Notes: a model not told the origin generated them from the letters alone. 64,000 nt of DNA from an uncultured Flavobacteriaceae bacterium (GCA_905181835.1 CAJIZF010000003.1:20074-84073); one strand, 5' to 3'. Shown: positions 31,437 through 43,423, numbered from the stretch's first letter. Made by a program: numbers and translations.

Positions 31437-31645
31437 AATTTTAATTTTGAGTTAAATATAAAAAGACTTAATTAGAATATTCTATTCAAGTTATAAATTG
31501 TCTGTTTTTTTAAATAAAAAGAATACTGTTAAATAAATTTATAATTTTATTCCTTTAAAATTATAAAATCAAATTTTGATAATGACATAAAAAATGAATA
31601 ACTTGGAAACTTAATAAATATCCTCAAAAAAAGATCTAATTAACA

Positions 31646-34600
31646 ATGAAAAAATCTCTGTGTTTACTATTATTGACTCTGTTTATACTCTCGTGTCAAA
31701 GTGATAATAAAAAAGTAACTGCATCAACTAATGAAATAAATAAAACGGAGTTAGATATAAAAAATCTTAATAAAGTAATTGTTTCTGATTTGAATAAAAA
31801 TAATGAAACAGAAAATTTTTTCGAGTTAATAGCTGAAGAAGAAACATCAATTGATTTTATAAATAAAGTAAATGTAGATGAATATAAGAACTTCAAATCT
31901 TATCCTCAAATTTATAACGGAGCTGGAGTATCCGTTGGAGATATAAACAATGATGGATTACCAGATATTTATCTAGCTGGAAATTCAGTTAAAGATAGAT
32001 TATATTTAAATAAAGGAAATTTCAAGTTTAAGGATATTACAGAAGAATCAGGTATTGGCAAAGAAAATTATGGTTGGTCTTTTGGGGTAAATATGATTGA
32101 TATTAATGCCGATGGTTATCTAGATATTTATGTATGTAAAGCGGGACCCTATAAAGAAGAAAAATACTTGAGAAATAGGTTATTCATAAATAATGGAGAT
32201 GGCACGTTCAATGAAGAAGCACAAAAATATGGTTTAAATGTTCTCGGTTTTAGTGTTCAGTCTGCTTTTTTTGATTATGACCTCGATGGAGATTTGGATG
32301 TTTACATTGCAAACCACCCGCCAACTGAAGTAAAAAAAGGAGGCGCAAAAAATTTAACGAAACTTGTTGACGAAATCAAAAAGGGGATATTAAGAACTGA
32401 TGAATTTTACGAAAATGTAAATGGGAAATTTATAAATAAAACAAAAGAAGCAAATTTATTAAACTATGGTTACAAGAATAGTTTAATCGTAAGTGACATT
32501 AATAAGGATGGATTTCCTGATTTATATGTTTGTTCTGATTACAGCCAACCAGATTTATATTATTTAAATAATGGAAATAAAACATTTACCAATATTATAA
32601 ATGAAAATTTAGAACATATCACATACAATAGTATGGGAAGTGAATTATCTGATATAAATAATGACGGATTTCTTGATATTTATGTAACAGACATGGCACC
32701 ATCAGACCATATAAAATCAAAAGTATTTATGGCTTCAATGGATACTAAGAAGTTTCATTCTTTTGTTGATCATGGAATGCATTATCAATACATGTTAAAT
32801 ACACTTCAACTAAATAATGGAGATAATACCTTTCGTGAAATAGGTCAACTAGCTGGAATTGACAAAACTGAATGGACATGGGCATCATTATTTTTAGATA
32901 TCGACTTTGATGGAAATAAAGATCTTTTTATCACTAATGGAATAAAAGAAAATACCAACGATAACGATTTAAACGAAAAGCTAAAAAGTAGACAAAAAGA
33001 ATTAAAAAAACCTACTCTTTCTTTTGAGGAATTCATGGAGGTAGTTCCAAAGATGATTACACCTAATCAAGTTTATAAAAATAATGGAGATTTAACTTTT
33101 ACTAACACGTCTTCAAATTGGATTGACAATAATAATTTTAATTCTAACGGAGCAGCATATGCTGATTTGGATAATGACGGTGATTTAGATTTAGTCTTAA
33201 ATAATATGGATGCTGTTGCTAGTGTATATGAAAACAAATCTGAAGAGAGATCTTCAGGAAATTTGATAGCTATTAAGTTAAAAGGGCCTAAAAGTAATCC
33301 TTTTGCCTTGGGTGCAAAAATAAGTATACCTTTTGAAAATAAAACTATTTACCATGAGCATTATACCTCAAGAGGTTATCTTTCATCTACGGGATATAAA
33401 ATTATCATAGGTCTAGGCTCAGAAAAAATAATTCCAGAATTAATTATTGACTGGAATGACGGAACTACTTCTATAATCAACGATTTAGAGGTTAACAAAG
33501 AATATGGGATTTCATACGACAAAACCACAAAAACTGCTATTGAATCCAGTGTAGTGACTAATAAAATGATTCAACGATATTTCCAGAAAATTTAAATATT
33601 GGTTTTTCTCACAAAGAAGATAAAATCAATGACTTTAAAAAACAAGTGCTTCTTCCCTACTCACAATCACAAAACGGCCCTTTTCTCGCTAAAGCTGATG
33701 TTAATAACGATGGATTAATTGACTTTTATGTAGGAGGTGCAGCAGGACAAGTAGGTGCGCTTTACATCCAAAATAAAGATGGGAAATTCAGTATTAGTAA
33801 CAAAACACCTTGGGAGTATGATAAAGCATCTGAAGACTTAGGGGTTTTATTTTTTGATTATGATCAAGATGGAGATAGCGATTTGTTTGTTACAAGCGGG
33901 AGTGCTTCATTTGATGAAAATGATCCAAAGTATCAAGATAGACTCTATGAAAATGATGGAAATGGAAATTTTACAAAATCTAACAATATTCCAAAAAACT
34001 ATACGAGTAATCAAAAAGTAATTGCTAATGATATTGATAACGATGGAGATTTAGATTTATTTATCGGAGGTAGAGTAATACCTGATAAATATCCATATTC
34101 ACCAAAATCTCAACTCTTAATTAATGAAAATGGTGTTTTTATAAATAAAACAGAAAAATTTGCCCCGGAATTGTTAAAAGCAGGTTTAGTAACAGATGCT
34201 GTTTTTTCAGATTATGACATGGATGGTGATGAAGATTTAATAGTAACTGCCGAATGGAGTCCTATTAAAATATATGAAAATGATAATGGATATTTTAATT
34301 CTGTTTCACTAACTTCACTTCAAGATACTGAAGGAATATGGTTTAGTATAGAAGCAGTAGATTTAGATAACGATGGTGATGAAGACTATTTATTAGGTAA
34401 TTTAGGACTTAATTCTAAATTTAAAGCTAGTACTAAAAAACCGTTTCATGTATTTTGTGATGATTTTGATAATAATGGAACTTATGATGTCGTTTTTTCA
34501 AAAAAATATCAAGGTGAATTAGTCCCGATGCGAGGGCGACAGTGTTCATCGGAACAAATGCCTTTTATCTCAGAAAAATTTGAGAACTATTTGTCCTTTG

Positions 34601-35035
34601 CAGAGGCTAGTATTCGGGGATATTCTTGGAGAAGATAAACTAACAAATGCCTTACACTATCAAATTAAAAATTTAAGTAGTATTTGCTTAATCAATAATG
34701 GAGACAAAACATTTCAAAAAATACAATTACCCCTTGAAGCACAGGTTGCACCAATTATGAATTTTACAGTAACCGATATTGATGATGATCAGAAACCAGA
34801 AGTCATAGTTATAGGTAACTTATATCCAACAGAAGTTGAAACTATTAGATATGACGGATCAATTGGTACGATACTGAAGTTTGATAATAATCAATTTGAG
34901 GTGGTCAAAAATTCAGAATCAGGATTAATTATACATGGTGATTCCAAAGACTCGGATATTATTAAAATTAATGACCAAAAAGTACTTTTAGTAACCAACA
35001 ACGATGCCCCTTTAAGTATATATAAAATTAATTGA
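31646..35035 (+). pseudogene. CRTAC1/ASPIC-UnbV family lipoprotein with FG-GAP/VCBS repeats, split into three ORFs by two frame changes
   Basis: Lipobox ILSC. Many DxNxDGxxD(I/L)(Y/F)V repeats (DINNDGLPDIYL, DINADGYLDIYV, DLDNDGDLDLV and others). The break at 33563-33566 is an A run: an extra A gives TNKNDSTIFPENLNIGFSHKED. The break at 34616-34619 is a G run: one G fewer gives ASIRDILGEDKLTNAL. Frames run 2 to 1 to 2, and the total of 3390 nt is 3n. Confidence 0.75.
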
Positions 35036-35155
35036 TTGCCAGATAAAAAATAACTAATTCTTTAATCTTTTAATTTTTATTTGACTAATCAACTATAAGA
35101 TCTTCTAACTAAATCAATAAGGTGTAACAAAAATATAACCAACAAAATTAAAATT

Positions 35156-36469
35156 ATGATGAAACAAACAAAATCCTATCAATCCTCATTTATATCAGTT
35201 ACTATTCTATTTTTTTTATGGGGATTTATTACAGTTCTAGTAGATAGTTTGGTCCCACGATTAAAGGATGTTTTTGAAATGTCATATGCAAAAACGGTAT
35301 TAGTTCAATTCGCTTTTTTTACTGCATTTTTTGTTGTTTCCTTGCCAGCAGGAGCTATACTTACAAAGATTGGATACAAAAAAGGGATTGTTTTAGGTTT
35401 AATAATAATGGCATTAGGATGTCTATTATTCTATCCTGCGGCGGAATATAGAAATTTTAATGTTTTTTTAATTGGTTATTTTACTTTGGCTAGTGGTATT
35501 ACTGTTCTACAAGTAGCTGCAAATCCTTATGTTGCCTTATTAGGTTCTGAAGAGGGAGCATCGAGTCGTCTGAACCTATCACAAGCATTTAATTCTCTTG
35601 GAACGACTATTGCGCCAGTAGTGGGTGCTTTATTTTTATTGAGTGATTCTGTAAAAACATCAGAGGAAATTGATCTTCTTAATATAACAGATAAAGCAAA
35701 TTATTATGCAGCAGAGGCAGCGACAGTCCAAGTACCATTTTTGCTCATCGCTACCTTCATAGGAATATTAGCTCTTATCTTTTCTTTTATAAAGTTACCA
35801 AAAGTTATGGAAGATAGTCCTAAAGGAGGTTACTTAGCTTTATTGAAAAATAAATTGATGATGTTGGGGGCGCTTGGAATATTTGTTTACGTTGGCGCAG
35901 AAGTCGCTATTGGGAGTTTTTTAGTCAACTACTTTGACGATATGAACTTAGCAGTAATAGTTGCTGAAAATAATACAATGATGAGTATTGCTAATACAAT
36001 AGCCAGCACTTTCAATAAAACGTTTTCTAATTCTGATCCCAAATCATTATTAGGAATTTTTATAATTTTTTATTGGGGGGGTGCAATGATAGGCCGATTT
36101 ATTGGTGCTTATTTAACAAAGATAATGTCACCTGGTAGAGTACTAAGTATTTTTGCTTCACTTGCTATAATATTGATTATAATATCAATTAATACAGTTG
36201 GTTTATTGTCAATGTGGTCTATTCTGGCGGTTGGCTTATTTAATTCAATCATGTTTCCAACAATTTTCACTCTAACACTAAGAGGTTTAGGTGATTTAAA
36301 GGCACAAGCTTCTGGTTTACTATGTATGGCAATTGTAGGTGGAGCAATTATTCCTTTCGCTTTTGGAAGTTTAATAGATGGATTTGGATTTAAGACAGCA
36401 TTTATACTTACAATAGTTTGTTATGGATACATATTATATTATGGAATGATTAAGTCAGCAACAAAATAG
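35156..36469 (+). CDS. MFS sugar transporter, glucose/galactose-fucose (GluP/FucP) family
   Basis: 12-TM protein with an N-terminal motif FFLWGFITVLVDSLVPRLKDVF typical of the FucP/GluP subfamily. Confidence 0.8.
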   Translation: MMKQTKSYQSSFISVTILFFLWGFITVLVDSLVPRLKDVFEMSYAKTVLVQFAFFTAFFVVSLPAGAILTKIGYKKGIVLGLIIMALGCLLFYPAAEYRNFNVFLIGYFTLASGITVLQVAANPYVALLGSEEGASSRLNLSQAFNSLGTTIAPVVGALFLLSDSVKTSEEIDLLNITDKANYYAAEAATVQVPFLLIATFIGILALIFSFIKLPKVMEDSPKGGYLALLKNKLMMLGALGIFVYVGAEVAIGSFLVNYFDDMNLAVIVAENNTMMSIANTIASTFNKTFSNSDPKSLLGIFIIFYWGGAMIGRFIGAYLTKIMSPGRVLSIFASLAIILIIISINTVGLLSMWSILAVGLFNSIMFPTIFTLTLRGLGDLKAQASGLLCMAIVGGAIIPFAFGSLIDGFGFKTAFILTIVCYGYILYYGMIKSATK

Positions 36470-36476
36470 TTGGAAA

Positions 36477-37382
36477 TTGAAAATATTAATAGTTGGAGGG
36501 ACTGGTCTAATAGGTTCCCATTTAAAAAATCAATTAATTAGAAAAGGATTTTCGATTAATATCCTAAGTAGAATAAAAAGTAAAGATTTAAATACTTTTT
36601 TATGGGATATTAATGGTGGCTATATAGATCTTAAAGCTTTTAAAGGAGTTTCTGGTGTAATTAACTTAACAGGAGCAAATATTGCGGGAGCCAGGTGGAC
36701 AGAGAAAAGAAAAAGAACTCTTTATGATAGTCGTATTCTCTCAACTAGATTACTTTTTGAATCCATAAAAAAGAATAATATTTTAATTGATTTTTTTATT
36801 AATTCTTCTGCAATAGGATATTATGGCACAAAAAAATCATCTAAAATTTTCAAAGAGGACAATGTATGTGGGTCTGATTTTCTAGCTAAAATTTGTCTTG
36901 ATTGGGAAACCGAAGCCTTACGATTTAATGAATTAAACATCCGTACCATTATTATTAGAACTGGAATTGTTTTAACCAAACATAAAGGTGCTTTTGAAAA
37001 AATTAAACTTCCTATAAAATTTGGAATATTACCAATATTTGGTGATGGTAAACAACCGTTTGCTTGGATTCATATAGACGATCTAATAGCTATCTTTTTG
37101 TGTTCAATTACTAATAAAAACTATATTGGTCCCTATAATGCAGTTGCTCCAATTAATAATACCTATTTAGAATTGAATACAAAAATTGCAGAACTTTTAG
37201 GCAGAAAGGTGATACAGATTAAAATTCCTAATTTTCTTTTAAAACTTATTTTTGGAGAATTAAGTAAAACCTTGACTAGTGGCAAACAAATAGCTGTAGA
37301 AAAGTTAATCAATAGCGGATTTAATTTTAAATTCAAAAATTTAAATACTGCATTATCCAATCTTTTGATTGAAAATAAATAA
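36477..37382 (+). CDS. TIGR01777-type NAD-dependent epimerase/dehydratase family protein (DUF1731 C-terminus)
   Basis: TTG start followed by KILIVGGTGLIGSHL, a Rossmann GxxGxxG motif. 301 aa. Confidence 0.7.
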   Translation: MKILIVGGTGLIGSHLKNQLIRKGFSINILSRIKSKDLNTFLWDINGGYIDLKAFKGVSGVINLTGANIAGARWTEKRKRTLYDSRILSTRLLFESIKKNNILIDFFINSSAIGYYGTKKSSKIFKEDNVCGSDFLAKICLDWETEALRFNELNIRTIIIRTGIVLTKHKGAFEKIKLPIKFGILPIFGDGKQPFAWIHIDDLIAIFLCSITNKNYIGPYNAVAPINNTYLELNTKIAELLGRKVIQIKIPNFLLKLIFGELSKTLTSGKQIAVEKLINSGFNFKFKNLNTALSNLLIENK

Positions 37383-37386
37383 AGTA

Positions 37387-38442
37387 TTACTTTACTCTTT
37401 TGTATTTAAATAAATTTAGTATCCATCTGGGTAATGGGTGATTTCCTCGTTTTCTAAAATCTATATTCCATCCTATTTTTTTGATAAGTGGGATTTTATG
37501 AGTTTCCACAAATTCTATTAATGTTCCTTCTGGTGCCTGAATATAGGCAAAATTACCTCCTGCGTCACCCATATCAAAGGTATCCATAGCTTTTGCACTA
37601 TCAACAGTAAAAGGAAATCCTAATCGTTTTGCTTTATCTCTTAAAGCATCCATATCATTAATATCAAAGCATAAATGTATAAATCCTGGATCTCCCCATA
37701 TACGATCTTCATAAATCACTTTTTGTTCTCTATTTAAAACTTGTACCAGTTCTATTTCAGATTTTCCAAAAAGACTACTAAAAGCACCATCTTTAACGTC
37801 GGAATGTCTTAATAAAACTCTCCGAAACTCTTTATCGCCTCCAGCAATGAATTTATAATCATTAAATATTCCTGTTTGATCATAAATAACTTCGTCATAT
37901 CCTAAAATATCCTGATATACTGTAAGGCTTTCGTCAATGCTTTTGACTCCAATTATAGTACCAAAAACACCTCCATTTACTGCTTTTTCTTTTTTAAAGA
38001 CTTCGAGGTGTTCCTTAATTTCCCAAATATTGTTATAAAGATCTTTTAAGAAAAAATGTTTCTTTCCATTGGGGTCAATTGAGATTTCACCTAATAAATT
38101 TAAACCAGCACTGGCATATTTTTGATACGCAATTTCTGCATCCTGGCATTTTAAAACTCCAATATTTATTCCTAAATCACCTAATTGAATTTCAAAATCA
38201 ATTGGAGTTGGGCTTTTACCAGTATGTTTCCATATTTCAAAGCCACCACCACCCTCAAGGTTTAAAGCTAAAATAGCGTGTCTTTTTCTTGGTTGCCCAT
38301 CAGTATGAGCTAACATAAGCTCTGCAACAGCTTCTTCATCAAACATAAGAATATCCATCGAGAAAAATCTACGATACCAGTTCCAAGCTTCTTCAATATC
38401 TGTAACTCCTACTCCAAGTTGTTGAATTCCGTTAATTTTCAT
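37387..38442 (-). CDS. Two-domain VOC (glyoxalase/bleomycin-resistance/dioxygenase) family protein
   Basis: Repeated beta-alpha-beta-beta-beta-like modules and a typical VOC N-terminus (INGIQQLGVGVTDIEEAW). The family call rests on general resemblance only. Confidence 0.55.
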   Translation of the reverse strand: MKINGIQQLGVGVTDIEEAWNWYRRFFSMDILMFDEEAVAELMLAHTDGQPRKRHAILALNLEGGGGFEIWKHTGKSPTPIDFEIQLGDLGINIGVLKCQDAEIAYQKYASAGLNLLGEISIDPNGKKHFFLKDLYNNIWEIKEHLEVFKKEKAVNGGVFGTIIGVKSIDESLTVYQDILGYDEVIYDQTGIFNDYKFIAGGDKEFRRVLLRHSDVKDGAFSSLFGKSEIELVQVLNREQKVIYEDRIWGDPGFIHLCFDINDMDALRDKAKRLGFPFTVDSAKAMDTFDMGDAGGNFAYIQAPEGTLIEFVETHKIPLIKKIGWNIDFRKRGNHPLPRWILNLFKYKRVK

Positions 38443-38451
38443 AGTTTCTTT

Positions 38452-39246
38452 TTAAAAAGGCTTTATTTTTTTTGATAGATAATAATAAAGGTTAGGAAAA
38501 AATCTACGAACATATACCATTATTATTTCCTTGCCTCCTACTAAAATTTCTTTTTTATCTTTTTCTAATTTATTAACTATTATTTTTACGGTGCTTTCAA
38601 CTGTTTTACCTTTATCTTGACCTGGATCCATTTTATTATAGGAATTTCCTTCTTTATCGATGGCATTTTTTGAAATACTAGTTTTGATTCTTCCAGGTAT
38701 AATCATTGATATAATCAAACCATTTTCTTTATTTTCAATCCTTAAACTTTCAAAAAAACCGTGTAAAGCATGTTTAGTAGCTGAATAGGAAGATCGGTAT
38801 GGAAATCCAAATTTACCAACTATACTAGTTGTAACTCCTATTTGTGCCTTTTTATTTTTTAATAAAATTGGTAATATTTTTTTAGTTAAAGCAATAGTCC
38901 CAAAAAAATTAACTTCAAATATCTTACGATCAATGCTCAACTTGGTTTCACTAGCAAGAGAACGTTGACTAATACCCCCAAAATGATATAATCCATGTAT
39001 ATTTAAATTTTTGTCGATGACTGTATTAGCTGCATGATTAACACTATTCTCATCGCCAAGATCAAAAGGAATCACGAGGGTTGAACTACCATTTACTTTA
39101 CATATTTTTGACACTTGATCTAAGGAACATTTATTTCTGCCAGAAAGAATTAATTGACATTTTTTTTTGGATAATTCGATAGCAAAAGCTCTTCCTATTC
39201 CCGAGGAAGCACCAGTTATCCATAATGTTTTATTTTTAAAATTCAC
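38452..39246 (-). CDS. Short-chain dehydrogenase/reductase (SDR) family oxidoreductase
   Basis: TGASSGIGRA cofactor motif and a YSATK catalytic motif. Confidence 0.85.
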   Translation of the reverse strand: MNFKNKTLWITGASSGIGRAFAIELSKKKCQLILSGRNKCSLDQVSKICKVNGSSTLVIPFDLGDENSVNHAANTVIDKNLNIHGLYHFGGISQRSLASETKLSIDRKIFEVNFFGTIALTKKILPILLKNKKAQIGVTTSIVGKFGFPYRSSYSATKHALHGFFESLRIENKENGLIISMIIPGRIKTSISKNAIDKEGNSYNKMDPGQDKGKTVESTVKIIVNKLEKDKKEILVGGKEIIMVYVRRFFPNLYYYLSKKIKPF

Positions 39247-39332
39247 TTAGGTAAACACGTTGATATATTTACGAAGATAGGAGTTATATAATACCAAAAA
39301 AAATATGACTTAAAGTTATTTAGACGATAAAA

Positions 39333-40169
39333 TTAAACTAATACTATCCCATCATCTTTTAAAAGGATTAAACGATCTTTATAAAGACTACCTATTGCTT
39401 TCTTAAAGCTTTTTTTACTTAAGCCAAGTAATTCTTTTATTGCTTCTGGCGAAGATTTGTCATTTATGGATAAAAACCCTCCAGCAGTTTTGAGTTCATC
39501 CAAAATATATTGAGCGTTGGGCTCTATGCTTCTATAACCTTGTTTTTGGAGAACGACATCTATTTTATGATCGTCTCTTATTTTTTTTATATATGCTTTT
39601 AAGCGATCACCTGTTCTTAAATCTTCAAAAATATCTTCTAAATAAATAAGCCCTTTGTGTTGCCCATTGATTATTACATTAGCACCTTTATCAGTTAAAT
39701 GAGTTACTAAAATTTCGACCTCATCATAGCTTTCTAACGTAATATGGTCGTTTTGCAAAAACTGATTGGTTTTACTAGATCCAGCAAGTCGGTTTGTTTG
39801 TTCATCCAGATATAAATAAACAATATACCAATTGTTTACTTTCATTGGTCTAGCTTGCTCTTTAAATGAAACAAATAGATGCTTTTCGAGACCCCAGTCC
39901 ATAAATGCACCGTGTTTAGTTACATCCGCACATCTTAAAAAACCAAAGCTTTGGAGCTGAACGAAAGGTTCAAGTGTTGTTGCTATGGGGCGCTCTTCAT
40001 AGTCAAGGTATATAAAAACTTTCAATTCGTCTCCTATTTCATAAGATTCTGGTTTGTATTTATGAGGGAGTAAAATAACTTCTTCGGCTTCACTATCATT
40101 TCCAAGATAAAGGCCAGGTTCTGTTTCTCTTAAAATTTTTAAAGTTGTATATTTTCCTATTTCAAACAT
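39333..40169 (-). CDS. S1 domain RNA-binding protein (CvfB/YitL family)
   Basis: About 278 aa with repeated S1-like segments and a C-terminal winged-helix-like tail, an architecture typical of CvfB. Confidence 0.65.
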   Translation of the reverse strand: MFEIGKYTTLKILRETEPGLYLGNDSEAEEVILLPHKYKPESYEIGDELKVFIYLDYEERPIATTLEPFVQLQSFGFLRCADVTKHGAFMDWGLEKHLFVSFKEQARPMKVNNWYIVYLYLDEQTNRLAGSSKTNQFLQNDHITLESYDEVEILVTHLTDKGANVIINGQHKGLIYLEDIFEDLRTGDRLKAYIKKIRDDHKIDVVLQKQGYRSIEPNAQYILDELKTAGGFLSINDKSSPEAIKELLGLSKKSFKKAIGSLYKDRLILLKDDGIVLV

Positions 40170-40219
40170 CTAACAAATATAGACGCTATTACCAATATAT
40201 ATTTAAACCGACGATGAAA

Positions 40220-41884
40220 TTATTTTAAATATTCAAAATAATCCAAAAGTACTTGATCATTTAGAGAACTAGGAGTGAAAACTTCTAATAAATGCGGCTT
40301 ATTTTGTATACCAAAGAAAAGTGGTAACGAATCTTCTAATTCCCTTTTAGTAGTTGCAACAAAATACTTAATATCGAACATTTTACATAAATATTCAGCA
40401 GAAAGGTCGTGCTTAGTCTCAATAAATCTATCAAAGTTTGGAGTATTTTTTTCTCCAGGTAATATTCGGAAAATTCCACCACCACCATTATTAATGACAA
40501 TAATTTTAAAATTAAAAGGAATATAATTATTCCAAAGCGCATTACTGTCGTAGAGAAAACTTAAATCACCTGTAATAAATACTGTTTCTTTTTCACTTGC
40601 AACAGCAGCACCAATTGCAGTTGAAGTGCTACCATCGATTCCGCTTGTACCCCTATTACAAAAAACAGCTATATCTGCTTTAAAATTAAAAAGCTGCGCA
40701 TATCTAATGGTGGAACTATTGCTTAACTGTAAATTAACGTTAGTGGGTAGTGAGTTGATCAATTTTGAAAAAACATATAAATCTGAAAAAACAATTTGAT
40801 CGATATAAGCCCTGTGTTTTCTTCTTCTATCATTCCTTTTATTAATAAAAAAAGATTGATAGTTACTATTTAAATTAACGGTTAAGGGTAAAAATTGTTT
40901 AAAAAAAACAGTAGGATTAGTTTTAAAGTGATGTGATAAACAAAAATAAGTATCTAACGCTTTTTTACTATCTATATGCCAGTGTTCTTTTGGTTTGTTT
41001 TTTCTTAATAAAGCTTTTATTTTTTTTGAAATCACCATTCCACCATATGTTAGAAGAATTTCTGGTTGAAACTTTTCAATATCAAAATTATCGAAAGGAG
41101 TAATTAATTGGTCTATAGAGTTAATAATATTTTTATGATGGAGATTAGAGGTAGTTTCAGTTAAAATTAGCACGCTCTCGTCTTTTGCTAAAAAATCTAA
41201 AAATGGCTCCTCCAATTTTTCGGAATAATGAACACCAATTAGTATTAGTTTTTTCTTTGAGTTATTCCATTTTTTTGAAAAAGAGCTCAAATCCTCTGTA
41301 AAAGTATCATTTCGATTTGCTTTAACGTCACTTATTAACTTAATAGATAACGAATCACTGGTGTCATATAAAGGTTCTGAAAATGGAACATTTATGTGAA
41401 CTGGACCACTCCTTGTAATTGCACTATTTAAAGCTGAAGAAATTATTATTTGGTTAAAATTAATATAATCATCTCCCTCTATACAATTACAACTCTCTAG
41501 AATATGGTTTTCAAAAACATTCTCTTGCTTTATTGTCTGCCCATCCCCAATATCAATTAGATTTGGAGGTCTATCAGCAGACATTACAACTAGAGGGATG
41601 TCACTATAAAATGCTTCCGAAATAGCTGGATAGTAATTTAACAAAGCAGATCCTGAAGAACAAACTAAAACAGTTGGTTTATTGTGCTGTTGAGCCATTC
41701 CTAGGGCAAAAAAAGCAGCGCATCGTTCGTCTACAATACTAAAACAAGTAAAATTTTTATTTTCTGAAAAACCAATAGTTAACGGAGCGTTTCTAGATCC
41801 AGGAGAGATAATAATATTATCAATACCCCTAGATATACATAATTGAGTAATTAATTGTGATAATTTTTTTGACGAATGCTTCAT
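40220..41884 (-). CDS. menD: 2-succinyl-5-enolpyruvyl-6-hydroxy-3-cyclohexene-1-carboxylate synthase
   Basis: TPP enzyme of 554 aa with ISPGSRNAPL at the N-terminus and a GDLSFLYDSNAL TPP-binding motif. It follows menF. Confidence 0.85.
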   Translation of the reverse strand: MKHSSKKLSQLITQLCISRGIDNIIISPGSRNAPLTIGFSENKNFTCFSIVDERCAAFFALGMAQQHNKPTVLVCSSGSALLNYYPAISEAFYSDIPLVVMSADRPPNLIDIGDGQTIKQENVFENHILESCNCIEGDDYINFNQIIISSALNSAITRSGPVHINVPFSEPLYDTSDSLSIKLISDVKANRNDTFTEDLSSFSKKWNNSKKKLILIGVHYSEKLEEPFLDFLAKDESVLILTETTSNLHHKNIINSIDQLITPFDNFDIEKFQPEILLTYGGMVISKKIKALLRKNKPKEHWHIDSKKALDTYFCLSHHFKTNPTVFFKQFLPLTVNLNSNYQSFFINKRNDRRRKHRAYIDQIVFSDLYVFSKLINSLPTNVNLQLSNSSTIRYAQLFNFKADIAVFCNRGTSGIDGSTSTAIGAAVASEKETVFITGDLSFLYDSNALWNNYIPFNFKIIVINNGGGGIFRILPGEKNTPNFDRFIETKHDLSAEYLCKMFDIKYFVATTKRELEDSLPLFFGIQNKPHLLEVFTPSSLNDQVLLDYFEYLK

Positions 41885-41919
41885 TGGTGTAAAAATACAA
41901 ATAGTAAAAGAATAAAACT

Positions 41920-42987
41920 TTATAACATCAATGAGATTACTTGAAGCATTGTTTGTGATTTATGGGACGTTTCCTCCCATTCCTTCAACGGATCGGAATC
42001 CTTTGTAATTCCACATCCAACATATAGATTAGCCATATCATTCTCAATCTTCATACACCGTAAATTGACAAATAATCTTGATTTATTTGTAAGCTCATTA
42101 ACCGGTCCTAAAAATCCAGTATAAAATTCACGTTTATAGTTCTCATTTTCTAAAATATACGTTTTCGCGTAATTTTTTGGTGATCCACAAACTGCTGGTG
42201 TTGGGTGTAATAAAGACATTAAGTTTGTTAACCCAATATTTCCTTTTTTGATTATTCCTGAGATATCTGTTCTCAAATGAATAAGTGAACCGGCTTTGTG
42301 GTTATAAGTATCTGAAATATTAATAATGGAGGTGATTTTCTTTAAACTATGATGAATGGAGTCTACAACAACTTGTTGTTCTTTTTTTTCTTTTAAATTC
42401 CATTTAATAATTTTGTTATCAATATGTTTTTGAGTCCCTGCCAGTGCCATTGTTTTAAAAAAATCTCCATTTGTTTTTAATAATACTTCTGGAGAGGCAC
42501 CGCACCATAATCCTGTAATTGGGTGATACCAAACATATCGAAAAGCTTTTGGATATAAATTTAATACTCTTTCTATCAATTTAAGTAGATCAATTTTTTT
42601 TAATTTAACTGTCTTTTTTCTAGAAACTACAATTTTTGTGGCTTTGTTAGATTTTATTTTGCGGATAGTATCTTCAACTAATTTTAAATAACTATTCTTA
42701 TCATTGGCGTGCTCTGAAACCTTAATTTCATTTACCTCAAAATTATTTTTTTTATATATAGTTTCAAATTGATAACTTTTTTCTAAAGGAATACAGATAT
42801 TTTTATCTTTTCTATCGAAAGGTGAAAAAATAAAATATTCTTTAAAAGAAGACTCGGTATCATATACTAAATTATCTTTTTGTAAAATAAAATTTACACT
42901 TTCTTTTTTAGGGTATGAATAGAGAACAAAAGGTAAATTGTTTTCATACTGTTGCTCAATTTTTTTTAGTACGCTTAAATTATCCAA
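41920..42987 (-). CDS. menF: Isochorismate synthase
   Basis: Chorismate-binding C-terminal motifs (LHPTPAVCG, FYTGFLGP, GCGI). TTG start. Confidence 0.8.
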   Translation of the reverse strand: MDNLSVLKKIEQQYENNLPFVLYSYPKKESVNFILQKDNLVYDTESSFKEYFIFSPFDRKDKNICIPLEKSYQFETIYKKNNFEVNEIKVSEHANDKNSYLKLVEDTIRKIKSNKATKIVVSRKKTVKLKKIDLLKLIERVLNLYPKAFRYVWYHPITGLWCGASPEVLLKTNGDFFKTMALAGTQKHIDNKIIKWNLKEKKEQQVVVDSIHHSLKKITSIINISDTYNHKAGSLIHLRTDISGIIKKGNIGLTNLMSLLHPTPAVCGSPKNYAKTYILENENYKREFYTGFLGPVNELTNKSRLFVNLRCMKIENDMANLYVGCGITKDSDPLKEWEETSHKSQTMLQVISLML

Positions 42988-42994
42988 TTAATAA

Positions 42995-43423
42995 TTATTT
43001 GTGCAGTGTGATAGTAGTTAATTTAACCAATGAAATTAGGTCTCCGTTTTCATTTTCAATTCTAATTTGCCAAAGTTGGGTCGTTCTTCCCTTATGTAAA
43101 GCGATTGCTTTAGCAAAAACATAACCTTCTTTTATACTCTTAACATGATTTGCAGCTATTTCTAAACCTCTGACTGTAACCTTATTATTTCCAAGAAAAA
43201 CAAAAGCAGCTGCACTTCCAATGCTTTCCGCCAACGCAACTGAAGCACCTCCATGTAATACTCCATCGGGTTGATGAACTCTTTTGTTTACGGGCATTTT
43301 TGCAGTTAAAACCTCATCCGTTAGATCAATAAACTCAATTTCTAAGGTTTCCATCAATGTGTCTTTACAGATAGCATTGCAGGCAGCTAAGATCTGTTTT
43401 TTATTATTTTCCATAGAATTCAA
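42995..43423 (-). CDS. PaaI/YdiI-type hotdog-fold thioesterase, likely 1,4-dihydroxy-2-naphthoyl-CoA hydrolase
   Basis: HQPDGVLHGGASVALAESIGS motif. 142 aa. It is the first gene of the menF-menD operon. Confidence 0.7.
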   Translation of the reverse strand: MNSMENNKKQILAACNAICKDTLMETLEIEFIDLTDEVLTAKMPVNKRVHQPDGVLHGGASVALAESIGSAAAFVFLGNNKVTVRGLEIAANHVKSIKEGYVFAKAIALHKGRTTQLWQIRIENENGDLISLVKLTTITLHK

